Shown: piece after piece, positions 11,323-23,069 of the stretch | Position numbering within the stretch: position 1 is the first letter of the stretch | How the letters are laid out: the number at the start of each line of letters is the position of its first letter | Origin: Anthoceros angustus | Lineage: Eukaryota > Plantae > Anthocerotophyta | Length of the DNA: 64,000 nt | NCBI GenBank assembly: GCA_010909165.1 | Contig: MU008159.1 | Location: 2,527,406 to 2,591,405 of the forward strand | Reading direction: 5' to 3' | Notes under the pieces: generated by a model | Database searches by the model: none | Told to the model about the DNA's origin: nothing | The model's input: the letters and a program-made list of their open reading frames with translations, nothing else | Program-made: the position numbers and the translations under genes

Positions 11323-13475
11323 AACCACAAAACCATTGGTGTTGGTCGAAGAGTCACCAAGTGACGTCTCGGATTCAGGCACATGTTGGTGGTGCATGAC
11401 GCATATGCCCATATCACGTGGAGTTCATTGCAGTGGAAACAAATGCAAGGGATAGAGGACGATTGAAGTGTCCAAAAATTTGATTTAAATTGTCAATAAA
11501 ATCAAACACTTAGATATGTAAGGTATGAGAGTGACGTAAGGGTTAGCACATATATATTATTATATATAACAAGTCTTGATGCCTATATCGTACGTACATG
11601 TATACAAAGAGGCACAATACACTAATATAATAGAAGTATAATGATGGATGTGTACATATAAACGCATACATACTTATGTCTTGAAGCCTACAAACATATA
11701 TATGTATATTGAGTATATGCAAAGGAGGTAAAAGGAAGGAAGGGCGGAGAGAGAGGTCATTGTAACAAGCAAGTTGAAAGAGGAATAGTGGAAGAGTATA
11801 AAATGGTGATAGGGGAGGTCCTTCTCACGGTCATGAAGGAGGAGGAGAAGTGAAAGAGTATAAAAGGGTGTGATAAGGGGCAATAAATAGGAGGGTGAGG
11901 TGAGAGGAGAGAGACCAAGTATTGTGTTAAGATGGGGTGAGAAGTTGGATAAGAAAAGGACACCTTGAACACCAAGCCACCATAAAGTGTTGCAATATTG
12001 AAGTGGTACATGAAGTGAGAGACCAAGCATTGTGTTAGGATGGTGGGAGAAGGAAGAGAAAGAATGGACCAACTTAACACCAAGCCATCAAACCATGCGG
12101 AAGTTGGAAGTGGAAATTATTAACAATGCTTGTGAGAGGGTGTACCGAAGGGGAGGGGGAAGAGATAGTGTCAGGTTCGTGTTAAGATGGCTGCACCAAA
12201 CGGGGACAGAACTAACAAACTTAAAACCAACCCTCCAAAACATGTTGCAATGTGGAAGTGTAACAAAAAATTGCAACATCCACTGTAACATAGGGTGCCC
12301 TTTTCTAGTAGGGTAATTTGTCTTATGATCGGAAGTGGATTTGGAGAACACAAAAAATATGCATTACCATTGATCAAATCTGCACGCTTATAACCACGAA
12401 ACCATTGGTGTTGGTCGAAGAGTCACCAAGTGACGCCGCGTCGCCGTGAGGCACATGTTGGTGGTGCACGCCCGACGCATATGCCCATATCACGTGGAGT
12501 TCATTGCATCGGTGGAAACAAAGCAAGGGATAGAGGACGATTGAAGTGTCCAAAAATTTGATTTAAATTGTCAATAAAATCAAACACTTAGATATGTAAG
12601 GTATGAGAGTGACGTAAGGGTTAGCACATATATATTATTATATAAACAAGTCTTGATGCCTATATAAAATGCGTACATACGTATACAAAGAGGCATGTAA
12701 ATACACTAATATAATAGAAGTATAACGGATGGATGTGTACATATAACGTACACATACTTATGTCTTGAAGCCTACAAACATATATATGTATATTGAGTAT
12801 ATGCAAAGGAGGTAAAAGGAAGGAAGGGGCAAGTGAGAGAGGTCATTGTAACAAGCAAGTTGAAAGAGGAATAGTGGAAGAGTATAAAATGGTCAGTGAT
12901 AGGGGAGGTCCTTCTCACGGTCATGAAGGAGGAGGAGAAGTGAAAGAGTATAAAAGGGTGTGATAAGGGGCAATAAATAGGAGGTGAGGTGAGAGGAGAG
13001 AGACCAAGTATTGTGTTAAGATGGGGTGAGAAGTTGGATAAGAAAAGGACACCTTGAACACCAAGCCACCATAAAGTGTTGCAATTTTGAAGTGGTACAT
13101 GAAGTGAGAGACCAAGCATTGTGTTAGGATGGTGGGAGAAGGAAGAGAAAGAATGGACCAACTTAACACCAAGCCATCAAACCATCTTGGAAGTTGGAAG
13201 TGGAAATTATTAACAATGCTTGTGAGAGAGGGGTGTACCCGAGGGGAGGTGGGAAGAGATAGTGTCGTTCGTGTTAAGATGGTGCACCAACGGGACAGAA
13301 CTAACAAACTTAATACCAACCCTCCAAAACATGTTGCAATGTGGAAGTGTAACAAAAATTGCAACATCATCGAACATAGGGTGCCCTTTTCTAGTAGGGT
13401 AATTTGTCTTATGATCGGAAGTGGATTTGGAGAACACAAAAATATGCATTACCATTGATCAAATCGCTTATAACC
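11323..13475. repeat. Tandem duplication of ~1.07 kb (11323-12391 / 12392-13475)
   Basis: Both copies start AACCAC(A/G)AAACCATTGGTGTTGGTCGAAGAGTCACC and are near-identical throughout. Confidence 0.95.
12296..12313 (-). mobile_element. Right terminal inverted repeat of a CMC/CACTA-like DNA transposon (CCCTA terminus); duplicated at 13382-13399
   Basis: TGCCCTTTTCTAGTAGGG is the reverse complement of CCCTACTAGAAAAGGGCA, with TGTTGCAA/TGTAACA subterminal motifs on the inner side. Confidence 0.6.
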
Positions 13476-13859
13476 CCAGCCAACCTCATTCAAATACATG
13501 CACTGAACAAAGACGCAGACAAAGCGTACATGGCATGAAGTGGATGCACGACTGGACTTACGGACATCGCGGATGGCATGGCATCGAGCGGGCGTAAGGA
13601 AGGCATGGCATATATGCGCTGCAGCCAAAGCGTCTTGGCGATGTGTCGAAGTGTCGGGGCCCGGTGGCATGGGTGGAGGGAGCTAAGCAGGCGTGTCTTC
13701 GCCATGATCGCCGTTCGGAGATCGCGGATGGGACGTTAACGAACTAGGCGTGCGGCCGAGGCGTGAATGGACAGCGGCGGACAGGCTTGCCATGGTCGCA
13801 TGAGTAATCCCGTCCTGCGGGGCGCACAGCCTCTCGGACCACCCATTGTGGGCACGTCA

Positions 13860-15090
13860 TACATTCTCGAACACGTTTTCAATATGGACATTTAACACAA
13901 AAACCATCCCATACTGTCATTTCTGTTAATTTGTCTTACGGAGTATGTGCCTACACAAGAAAACCCTGGATATATTAACGAAAGCTCTTTCAAAAGAGGC
14001 CACGAGAAGCATGTTTGAGGTGGGGTTAGAGAGTCTGGAACTTTCCTATCTAACCCCAACTAGCCTACATGCCCGCTACCTAATCCCTCAGTTAACATCG
14101 GTCTCGGAGGACTCTTCCTTTGGATTCTCGAGTCGGAGGGCTCTGGAGGCCTTAGCATCGGAGTCCTCACACATGTCATCTTGGGAGGAGCAGCATCCTC
14201 CTCAATCCTCAAGGCAGATCCTGCGGTCAAGACACAAAGCAATTAGATAGCTTTAGGCGAGTGGGAGTAGGAGGCGAGATGAAGCAAAACCCAGTCACTT
14301 CGTGGCGGCTTACAACATGACCGAGGAGCAGTGTAACCACGCACTCGATCCGTTTCATGACCGGACCCGGTATGCTTGCATCGATGCAGATAGGAGAGCT
14401 GGGCATTGCCGGTGCCTAGGCTCACAATCTTCACATCCTTATCGGGGTTACCTCGAGGGAAATTCGAGGCCGTGAGGCCTCACCTCCCCTCCGTCAGACA
14501 TAGCCTCGGGCCCACAGGCAGGCCACAGGCTCCCTCTTCTGAGTGGCGTGGGGGCAGCGTGGGAGAAATTGTGGAAGCTAAGCGCGCAATGGAGGACCTC
14601 CCATGTCCTCCCGATTATGGCCTCGCGCCTAGTCCTCGGCCTGCCGCGTTGTGCGAGGCGCTCCCGTTTCTTGGTCGGCTCGAGCTTCCCCGGCGGTGTC
14701 GGGTCCCTTGCGAGCAGAGGAGGTTGTCCTAGCCGCCTTGCTTGCCGCGGCCTAGGGAGTCTCTTCTGGCGGGGTTCGCATCCTTAGAGGAGGGCGACAT
14801 CTCGATCGATTCGCTCCACAACCCCTTCTCCAATTGCAGGCGTGAAGATGAAGAAGAGGAATATAACGCACTGGTGAGGAGGTTTCTCAGCACGCTCGAA
14901 TATATACGGCGAGGGGCGTACGTGAGCAATGCATCTGCAGCTTTCACCCGACTCCATCCTACAAGGGTGGAGATGATCCGGTTGTTGGAGCATCACTTTC
15001 CAAAATGATCAACAAGTGGGAGTGAAGAGTTATACCCAAACACACCTCTGTCCGTCACCTCCTCCGACGGTCACCTCCTCCCGGCGAAGA
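13860..15090 (+). mobile_element. 3' fragment of a copia element (RNase H C-terminus, 3' region, PPT, start of LTR)
   Basis: HSRT..., EYVPTQE, DILTKALSKEA at 13860-14035; PPT-like AAGTGGGAG followed by TG at 15014-15024. Confidence 0.65.
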
Positions 15091-15094
15091 CAAA

Positions 15095-15420
15095 GCTTGT
15101 ACAACACGGTGTTTAAAGCCCAATTGTACGTTGTAAATATGTTTGAGACGGCCGGATCGGCCTCTCTCATGTTTTACAACATACATACAACCTAATCTAA
15201 TTTACAACACGATCCATTGCAAACCCGCTGTACATTGTAAAGCGTTTAAGAGAGGCCAAGATAGGCCTCCCACAACTTTACAACATAGTCTAATTTACAC
15301 AGCCGTTGCAAAGCGCTTGTTGTAAAATGTATGACAAGGCCGAGATCAGCCTCTGCGTTTACACCAAATTCACAACGTAGTCTCATGTACAAAGTCCATT
15401 GCAAAGCGATCTTGCGCGTT
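15095..15420. repeat. CACTA-like subterminal repeat region (TTTACAAC / GTTGTAAA motifs in both orientations)
   Basis: Same short motif as inside the CACTA end at 29437; terminal CACTA not found here. Confidence 0.5.
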
Positions 15421-15713
15421 ACGCCTCGGTCGGGCTTCGGTGCCATTGCGGTGCTTGGGTATTCTACCGATCTCGCTTCCATCGGCCAAGTCCACCACGG
15501 CTACCACATCGCGTTCGCAGCGGTCATCGAACATAGTCATGATCCATGCCAAGCGACTATGTTAGTTTTTGCTTTGAGGCAAAAATGGCCTCACCATCTA
15601 TAGATTACATGTGCCCAGGCGGTCGCCACATGATGCATGCACTCGGCATGGTGATGCGTGAAAACATTTGGAAGCATATGTGCGGTGAATGAAGCTCTCC
15701 TAAAAAACATAGC

Positions 15714-18109
15714 ATGAGTGCAAGGAAACGGCGGAGAGGCAATCAGACTCACGACCTTGCTAATTGTCCATCCGAGTTGCGAACAAAGTGCTCACCTCAT
15801 GTCTCCCATGTTTCAGTCTTGTCCGAGGAGTTGAACTCGCTTGTTGTGAATGATGGGTCATGGTGGGTCATGGTGCCTCACCTTCCAAGTGGAGCAAACC
15901 GGAAAACTGGTGGCGGGCATTTCATTGCCGTTCATAAATTGTACAATGTGTCGCCATTTCGACTGCATATGTATTTTGTTTTACATGGCGACCAATCAAC
16001 CATACGTGCCGCTCATCAATCGATCATGTCACTCGCACGGTCACGTAGCATGGATGACTCGTTCGTCTTCTTGCGGGCATCACCACCCATGCGTCATCCA
16101 TTATTCAAGACATTTGTACCGGTGTGACAAAGCGGTGCGGATGGATATCATGGCCGCCCATAATATATAACCAATTCTGTGTGGGGTCACGTACATATTC
16201 CAGGTATGCGGGATGTGATCACCACAATGGGAGTTTGGGAGAGAACAACATCGATCGGATCATCACACCACCGGGGCAAGCCAAGTCCGGTGGGCACCAA
16301 GGAGGGAGCATCTTGGTGACTCTGTGCGCTTTTCGAGCCTCCAAAATTATGCGTGAGAAGGAAAGGATTCCAGCGGTATGGCAATGGCATTTTAGGTCTT
16401 TTAGTCGCCACCATGGGCAAATTGGAGTGAGCATGCGTCGAGGTTTGGGCGGTATCAATTCCTTGCACGGCAACTTGCGGGCTGATTGGCAAGACATTGG
16501 AGTGGTGTTCCAAGTGGCGGCAACCATGGATGCCTTGACTTGGATCCTGGCCCTTGCCTTTGTACTCTATCTCCTTTCGAGCTATGGGTTGTCGAGAAGG
16601 ATACACGGGTCCCAAGGGCTGGCCGAATTGGCTGCATAGTTGACATAATTCGTCACAAAGATACCTTGTTGGTGGCTCACGGTCTTCGCTAAGGCGTACC
16701 ACGTTGAGTGCACGCACTTCACATTCACCCACGACGCACCCACCCAACATTGAGCACATTCTCGGTGGCAAATCGTTGCAATCCTTCCACATCGGAAGAG
16801 CTTGGGGAATGGCATTTTCAACGATGGAGAGATGTGGAAGCGGCGGAAGGCGCAAGCTTGAGTTCTCTTCCAGTGCTTCGTGATTACTGGCACCAAGCGT
16901 TTAGAGCGGTCGTTGGTGTCGACATTATTGCCCAAGCGGAAAGGAGGAGGTTGTTGACATGCATGGTGAATGATGGTGTGTGGAGCATGTTGCAATCGAT
17001 CTTCAATGCTCGTGAATTTTGCACAGATTCAAGCCATTGCGGGATCTCTTTGCGCATGACATTCGATTCCATTTGCAAAATCGGGCAACACCCTTAGACG
17101 TCCTCTTTCATGGGTCGTTCAACTGCCAAAACTTGGCGGGCATTTTCCGATTCACCAAATTTTGCATACATGTCCACCGTAGGTGCCCACCACTACATTC
17201 TCCAGCGGGCCGAGCCCTTGCACCATAAGGGCATTCCATGTCACCATATCACGACAAAGCAAGCAAGACTACAAAAGGTTAGGGAATCACCACTAGTTGT
17301 CCATCATAGTGAAGACTAAACCCGAGGTTCTTTGAAATCAAGACGGTCATCCCCACTTGCCAATTAAGACGATCCATGTAACGTAGGGGTCGTCGTTCAA
17401 ATCCATCATAGCATATGATGGGCGATGAACCGATGAGAAACCGAAGAGATTCTTGATCACGAAGAAAAGCGATTATCCCCACTCGCCAAGACCACATCCA
17501 TGGTGCTCCCATTCCTCCTCCATAAGATGATCCGGTGGCGTAGGCGCGTCGTTCTCGCTCTCCGGGTGTCCAAAATTTGTCGACTTATTCTCCAAAACGG
17601 AAGGAGGATTCGCGACTCCTCTCGAGGTACTTAGCGCCAATTTGAGTAGGCGGGAACTTCCCTACATCGGGCGGGGAACCCCAAGCCGGTGATGGCGCCA
17701 CTTGTTCGCATGGCGGCAACGGGAGACTTGTATCACAACCATCTTGTGAAGCAAGCGGGCTATGTCCTCACCTTGTTTACTATGTGTCCTCAACAATGGT
17801 CCGAAGGCTCTGCAGGTTTTCCACAGGACAAGCCAAAGGCCCAGTACCACCTCACCGCCCGCTGTGCGGCTTGCTTGGAGTGCATCGGAACAAAGGGGTG
17901 TCCTGAGAGAAATCATCAACGTCGTCTTCTTTACTCTTCCAGATCGCCGAGGCAACGGCCAAGATCGGATACCACACTCAAAGAAAAAGATTGATTTGTG
18001 GCCCAATTCTAGTGCGGTCATCACGCTTACAAGAAGGAAGAGGTCGATCATCGAAATTGGCGCGCAACCGTCATCGCAACAATCGGTACATGCTTTGGTA
18101 AACCCTTAA
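15714..18109 (+). pseudogene. Unidentified degenerate ORF chain convergent with TNP2 (possible CACTA cargo gene)
   Basis: Successive + strand ORFs (15714-16127, 16124-16639, 16708-17097, 17689-17994, 17762-18109); starts MSARKRRR. Confidence 0.35.
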
Positions 18110-18365
18110 ACCACGAACCGTCTTCCACGTCGTTTGTACTCACCATAATTATAATTAAATAAGTGAAATATTTAAGACTTGGGATACTTTTTATACTTAT
18201 AAGAAAAGCTTTAAAATATTTTTCAACCTATCAATTACCTATCTATCCTCCCACCCTCTCCACTCCTTATCCCTCTATCTCCACTCCTTATCCCTCTATC
18301 ATCTCCCTTCCCCTTCCTTCTCCTTTCCACATAACAAGTCTATTACTCCAACTCTACTATGTAAC

Positions 18366-21300
18366 TCATTGGTCATTATCGCTCACGCTATCATTGTCTT
18401 CATCATCCTCACCTATGATATCCGCATCCTCATCATCTTGACTCATGTTATCCTCGTCTTGAGCCTCACCTTGTACTATCGTCTTCCACGTGCGCTTGTA
18501 CCCACCACAATTTTCCATGCATTTTAGAATTCTCATACAAAAGACTTGCTCCACTTTCTCCGATACTAGTACAAATGGCTCATCCTCCAACTTATCATTG
18601 GATAACATGACATCGTTAACCATGAACATACGAGATGTATCTGTTTTGATGGTCAGTGCTCTTTGTTCCATTGAGCCTTGAACCATCTCACCTTCAACAC
18701 ATTTACTTTTTAGACGGCCCTAAGTCCACCTCCAAAATCTTTTCCACCTTTCCAAAGATAGGGAAAATCTGCTATAATAGGTTCGGTGTCCCGCGATGTG
18801 AAACACATGCTTGGCTATATAGATGTTTTATAATGCTATCACATGTATTCTTTCCCCTATCGCATCTATAGTCCTTATATGATTTCCATATGCCCACATC
18901 ATTTTATATGATCGCACCGAGGAGGTCCTCGCACAATTGCATCACATCCAACCCATAGGTTTGTCGCATTTCCCTTCCGCTACTATAACTTCATCTATCA
19001 ACCATTACGCAAAGGGCGTTGCTCGTCATACCATACACTTTTCGCCATTTTTGAGTACAGAGTTTTCCACTAACACTTTCCTCATCATTGCATTTCCACA
19101 TCATTCGGTCATAATTTTTGCCATTCCTTGCAATAACACCCCACATTGGGTGACATCATCTTCGATTTCCACACTCTTGGTGCCTCTTCATGTGTATTTC
19201 CAAAGAACTCGAGCTATAAAACATTATCTCTTGTGCTAAGTATCCTAAAGCCATGCTACCTTCGTCGGGCTTTCATCGAACAAGTCCCTTTAACACTTTC
19301 ATGTGCCTTTCTAAGAAATACATCCATCGATATCGAGTTGGTCCACATAATTCAACCTCCACAAGATGAACAACAACATGTACTTGACTTGTCGGAAAAG
19401 TCGTTGGAAATTCCCTCTCCACACACATGATCTCCACACTTTTCACCTTCATAGTGGAATTTCATCCTTCGCAATTTCTTTTGAACAAAGCCACGAATAG
19501 CTCGGCAAGATCACATATAGCCTTGTGAACATCATGATGTATTAATCCTTTCAAGACAATTGGCCACAAATCCGTTAACTGATGGTGATGATCATGAGAC
19601 TTTAACCCTGAAATTCCCTCTTCTCTCCCTTTAGAAAAACAACGCTTCAAATTTGACCCATACCCTGTAGGAGTACGTATGCTGCAAATCCTTGTTCTCA
19701 ATTTTTCCTCTGCATTAGCATACATTCGCCTCTTTTTGCTGCCATGTCCAAGAACCCAGGGTGCTGGTGTCGTTATAATTGTCCGGTCCGCTGGGTTCGC
19801 CAGGTTTTGTGTGTTATCTTGCACCCATTTACAACATTTTGGCCTCTTTGGCTCCTTCCAACAGGTGATGGCCTCGCATGGGGGCACCAATCTTGTTTGG
19901 TATTTGAATACTCAAGATCTCTCGACTACCAAGGGAATCTTGATTCCACATATGTGCCAAAATCATGACTTACATTCTTTCCAATGTGCATGATATCAAA
20001 TAAGTGTCTGATCAACAATATCTGCAACCACCAAATAGCATGACTAAAAGTTAACCTTCATGAATAGCTATTAGTCTACCTACCGATGCTACCAATAATA
20101 TAATTAAAATATTCTTGAAAAGGGTAATACTTGCAAGACCCCATATGCATGCATACATACCTCCCAGTATGGAAGCTCCCAGAAAATTGAAGGCTCGTCG
20201 CTAGTAACACCCCAGGGCCTGTCTTCACCATTGTCTTTTGCATATTTCCGGTTAAAGCTTTCGATCATAATATCCTCCGGAGTTGGTGCATAGTCCGGAT
20301 GAATAATTTCCATCTCAGCCTTTCCATTGAATGAATCCTCTTCCACTCTAAACTTGTGTTCCTCTGGTAAAATTTTCTAAAATTCTTATCATATCGTCAT
20401 TTTGTTTGTGAACATTGACTTTCTTGCTTCTAATTTGTCCCAACATATTGGACATGCCCGCTTCCCTTTTGTTTGCATTTTAGAAGTGAAAGAATATCCG
20501 GATAATCATGCATCCACAACAATAAGGCCTTCAATTTAAATTGTCTTTGAGCATTTCCAATAGCCATAGAAGCATCTTGTACGACCACACCTTCCTCCCC
20601 AGTACCTTCAACTCTTGATGAGTGGTTGAAAATATATATCTGCATCTTTACTTGCTTGGACCGGGAATAATCATTGACAACAATATATGCCCATTCTTGA
20701 TAGATAACCAAGGAGGCGTTATAATTGACAAGAAGCACGGCCATATAGAATACCTAGAACTTTGGTGCCCAAAGGATTAATCCCATCCGTAGCAAGTCCT
20801 AATCGAATGTTCGCGTCTCCTTAGCAAACTCGGATAAGTGTTGTCCACATGTTCCCATGCATAGCTATCGATGGGACCGCATAATCCCATCATTAGACTT
20901 ATTTGTGGCGTGCCATGACATCATACTTGCTAGCTCCGGACATCTAAACATTTGTTTCAATCTAGGAATCAATGGAAAATATCAAGTAGCTTAATCGCTC
21001 GTTCTTCGTGTCAATTCGATACCTATGTTTCCCCACATCTTGCGAATAGCAATTAAAACTACGTGAACAACATACAATCATCTTGACAAGCATGTATGGA
21101 TGTATATGTTAGGCCAAACCCTTAAGCATCTTTTTAATTTCAGCCCTACTTTTGGCAACTTGTTGCCAACTGAGGCCTAATTTGCCTAATGATAAAATTG
21201 AATTCAAAGATGCATCCGACCATGCCTCCTTTGGATGTTCAATAACAATAAAATGAATGCCAATAAACTTATCTCGGCTCCAACCCATAGGCGTAGTTCT
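18366..21300 (-). pseudogene. CACTA/En-Spm TNP2 (TnpD) transposase: Transposase_21, DUF4218 and DUF4216-like regions, frameshifted
   Basis: IHAC..DC, YFPLIPRLKQMF, NIRLGLATDG, VLLVNYN, LLWMHDYP, SIFWELPYW, IRTPTGYGSNL, GLKSHDHH, RWMYFLER, DEPFVL..EQVF, acidic tail. Confidence 0.92.
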
Positions 21301-22289
21301 TTGCGGTGTGCATCGTCTTTAATTCCTCAGGCAAGGAATCGACCTGTTCTTTAGTCATTTCTGCGATGCCAGAAACCCCACCAAGTGCCTCCACCAACTC
21401 TATGGTCACTCCACCGGCTAGTTATAATTAGCAATCTAGTTTTCTCAACTAAGCCCTGGAAGTGTTCGCCACGGAAGAAGCCGAGAACTTTTGCACAGCA
21501 GGCTGCAGGCCGTGGAGCCGAGCATGCTTAACCCCAGAAGGCCGGCTGCCTTTTTGCCCCATTTTTGGCGTTTTTTATTCTTATGAATTTCTAATTACTG
21601 AGAAAATCGACCGCAATGTTCTCAACACCACAATTACCGTGATGACCTCCTCTTTCCAACCATATGTTCGAAAAAGCACCACCCCTCGGTGAACATGCAC
21701 AAATTTCCATAGCCATTTCGATCCACCTTGGGCACCAGTGAGGTGAGCATCTTTCTTTGCCTACCATGAACTAAGGTGAGCCTTGAATCGTATGTACACA
21801 AGAATGTAGGGGATCGGTTTGTGCATGACCTTTGGATCCTAAGCGCCCGTGGCCGACCTTTCTTGAGAAAGCAGGAGAGCATACGGTGAAAGAGAGGGTC
21901 TCTTAGTTTCCTTTTTGCGGTTCCATATGTGTACCATTTTGCCTACTAGAGATTTTAGAGCGTAAAAGTGAACTGTTGTAAATAGTAATAGTTTCTAATT
22001 TTACAGCGGAGTGTGTTGTAAATGGTAATCGTTGACTTAACAGCGGATAGCGTTGCAAATAGTAGTTTCAAAGTCGTTTCATACAAACTCACAGCACTGC
22101 AGTGCGAGGTAGGTGTGCAGTGCACAAAGGCGGTGAGGCGGGTGCAATGCATGCAAGATCTTGTCCAAGGCGGGAACATGCTTGCACACAAATACTGATA
22201 TAAATGCGGGTTCATGTCTGTACAAGTAGATGTTTACATACTGCGACGTATGTGTTGAGAGCCTGTGTATGTCGATTGCCCTCGGGGTG

Positions 22290-22800
22290 TGTGAGAACCG
22301 GGCTTGCCATCAGGGTGTGTGACGTGGGGGAGCTTGTGCAGCTAGTGTAATTCCTAAAATTCCGCAAGGGTATGCCATCGGAGCTGAAACAAGACCTCAC
22401 CCAGTTGTTGGGGATGAGTGTTCGCTTTCAAGGTCACGACATGAAGGGCATTCCAAACAAAGGGGCGAACAGGATAGATCTGAAGCTGTGAGCGGTGCCC
22501 TGATTCGGATAAACCGAATCCCAAGCACTCGCCTCAAGGTCAAGGAAGTCTTGGTTGAGGCCATGCGGCTTGCCATCGGGTATGTGAGGTGGGGAGCTTG
22601 TGCTAGTGTAATTGAGGCGGCGCCGCCACCAGTGTGTGAGGTGGGGAGCTTGTGTAGCTAGTGTAATTAAGGGCCATGGGGCCGGATCGGGGTGTGTGAG
22701 AGCCGGGCCGCACGTGATGTGTGGAGTGGGAGCTTCCTATGTAGTGTAATTGAGGCCATGCACCGCCATCTGGGTGTGTGATGAGAGTCTATGTGTTTGA
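22290..22800. repeat. Degenerate tandem repeats (~55-60 bp; GTGTGAGGTGGGGAGCTTGTG..CTAGTGTAATT)
   Basis: Motif seen at ~22315, 22583, 22634 and 22720. Confidence 0.75.
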
Positions 22801-23069
22801 GAGAGCGCTGGAAGCCAACCATGCCTCTCACATTTTAGAAGCGCGGAAGGCCATGAGAAGTGCGGGAAGGCTTTAAAGCGCGGAAGAAGAAGCCGACGGA
22901 ATTTGATGCCCATCCATACACAACACAAGGCACCTTGTTCTTAAGATGTCGCTTGGCTGCGAGGCGGCCTTCCAAGGATTGCTTGATGAGAGATTGCACG
23001 ACTTTGCTTAGCAGGCAGGTACCGGGCGACTTTCAGCGGCGGCCAGTAGGGGCGCCTACAATCCGTGTC

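Noticed and set aside
11674-13439. Hydrophobic minus-strand ORFs resembling membrane proteins
   Set aside because: Product of purine-rich non-coding subterminal TE sequence; frames are not conserved between the duplicate copies.
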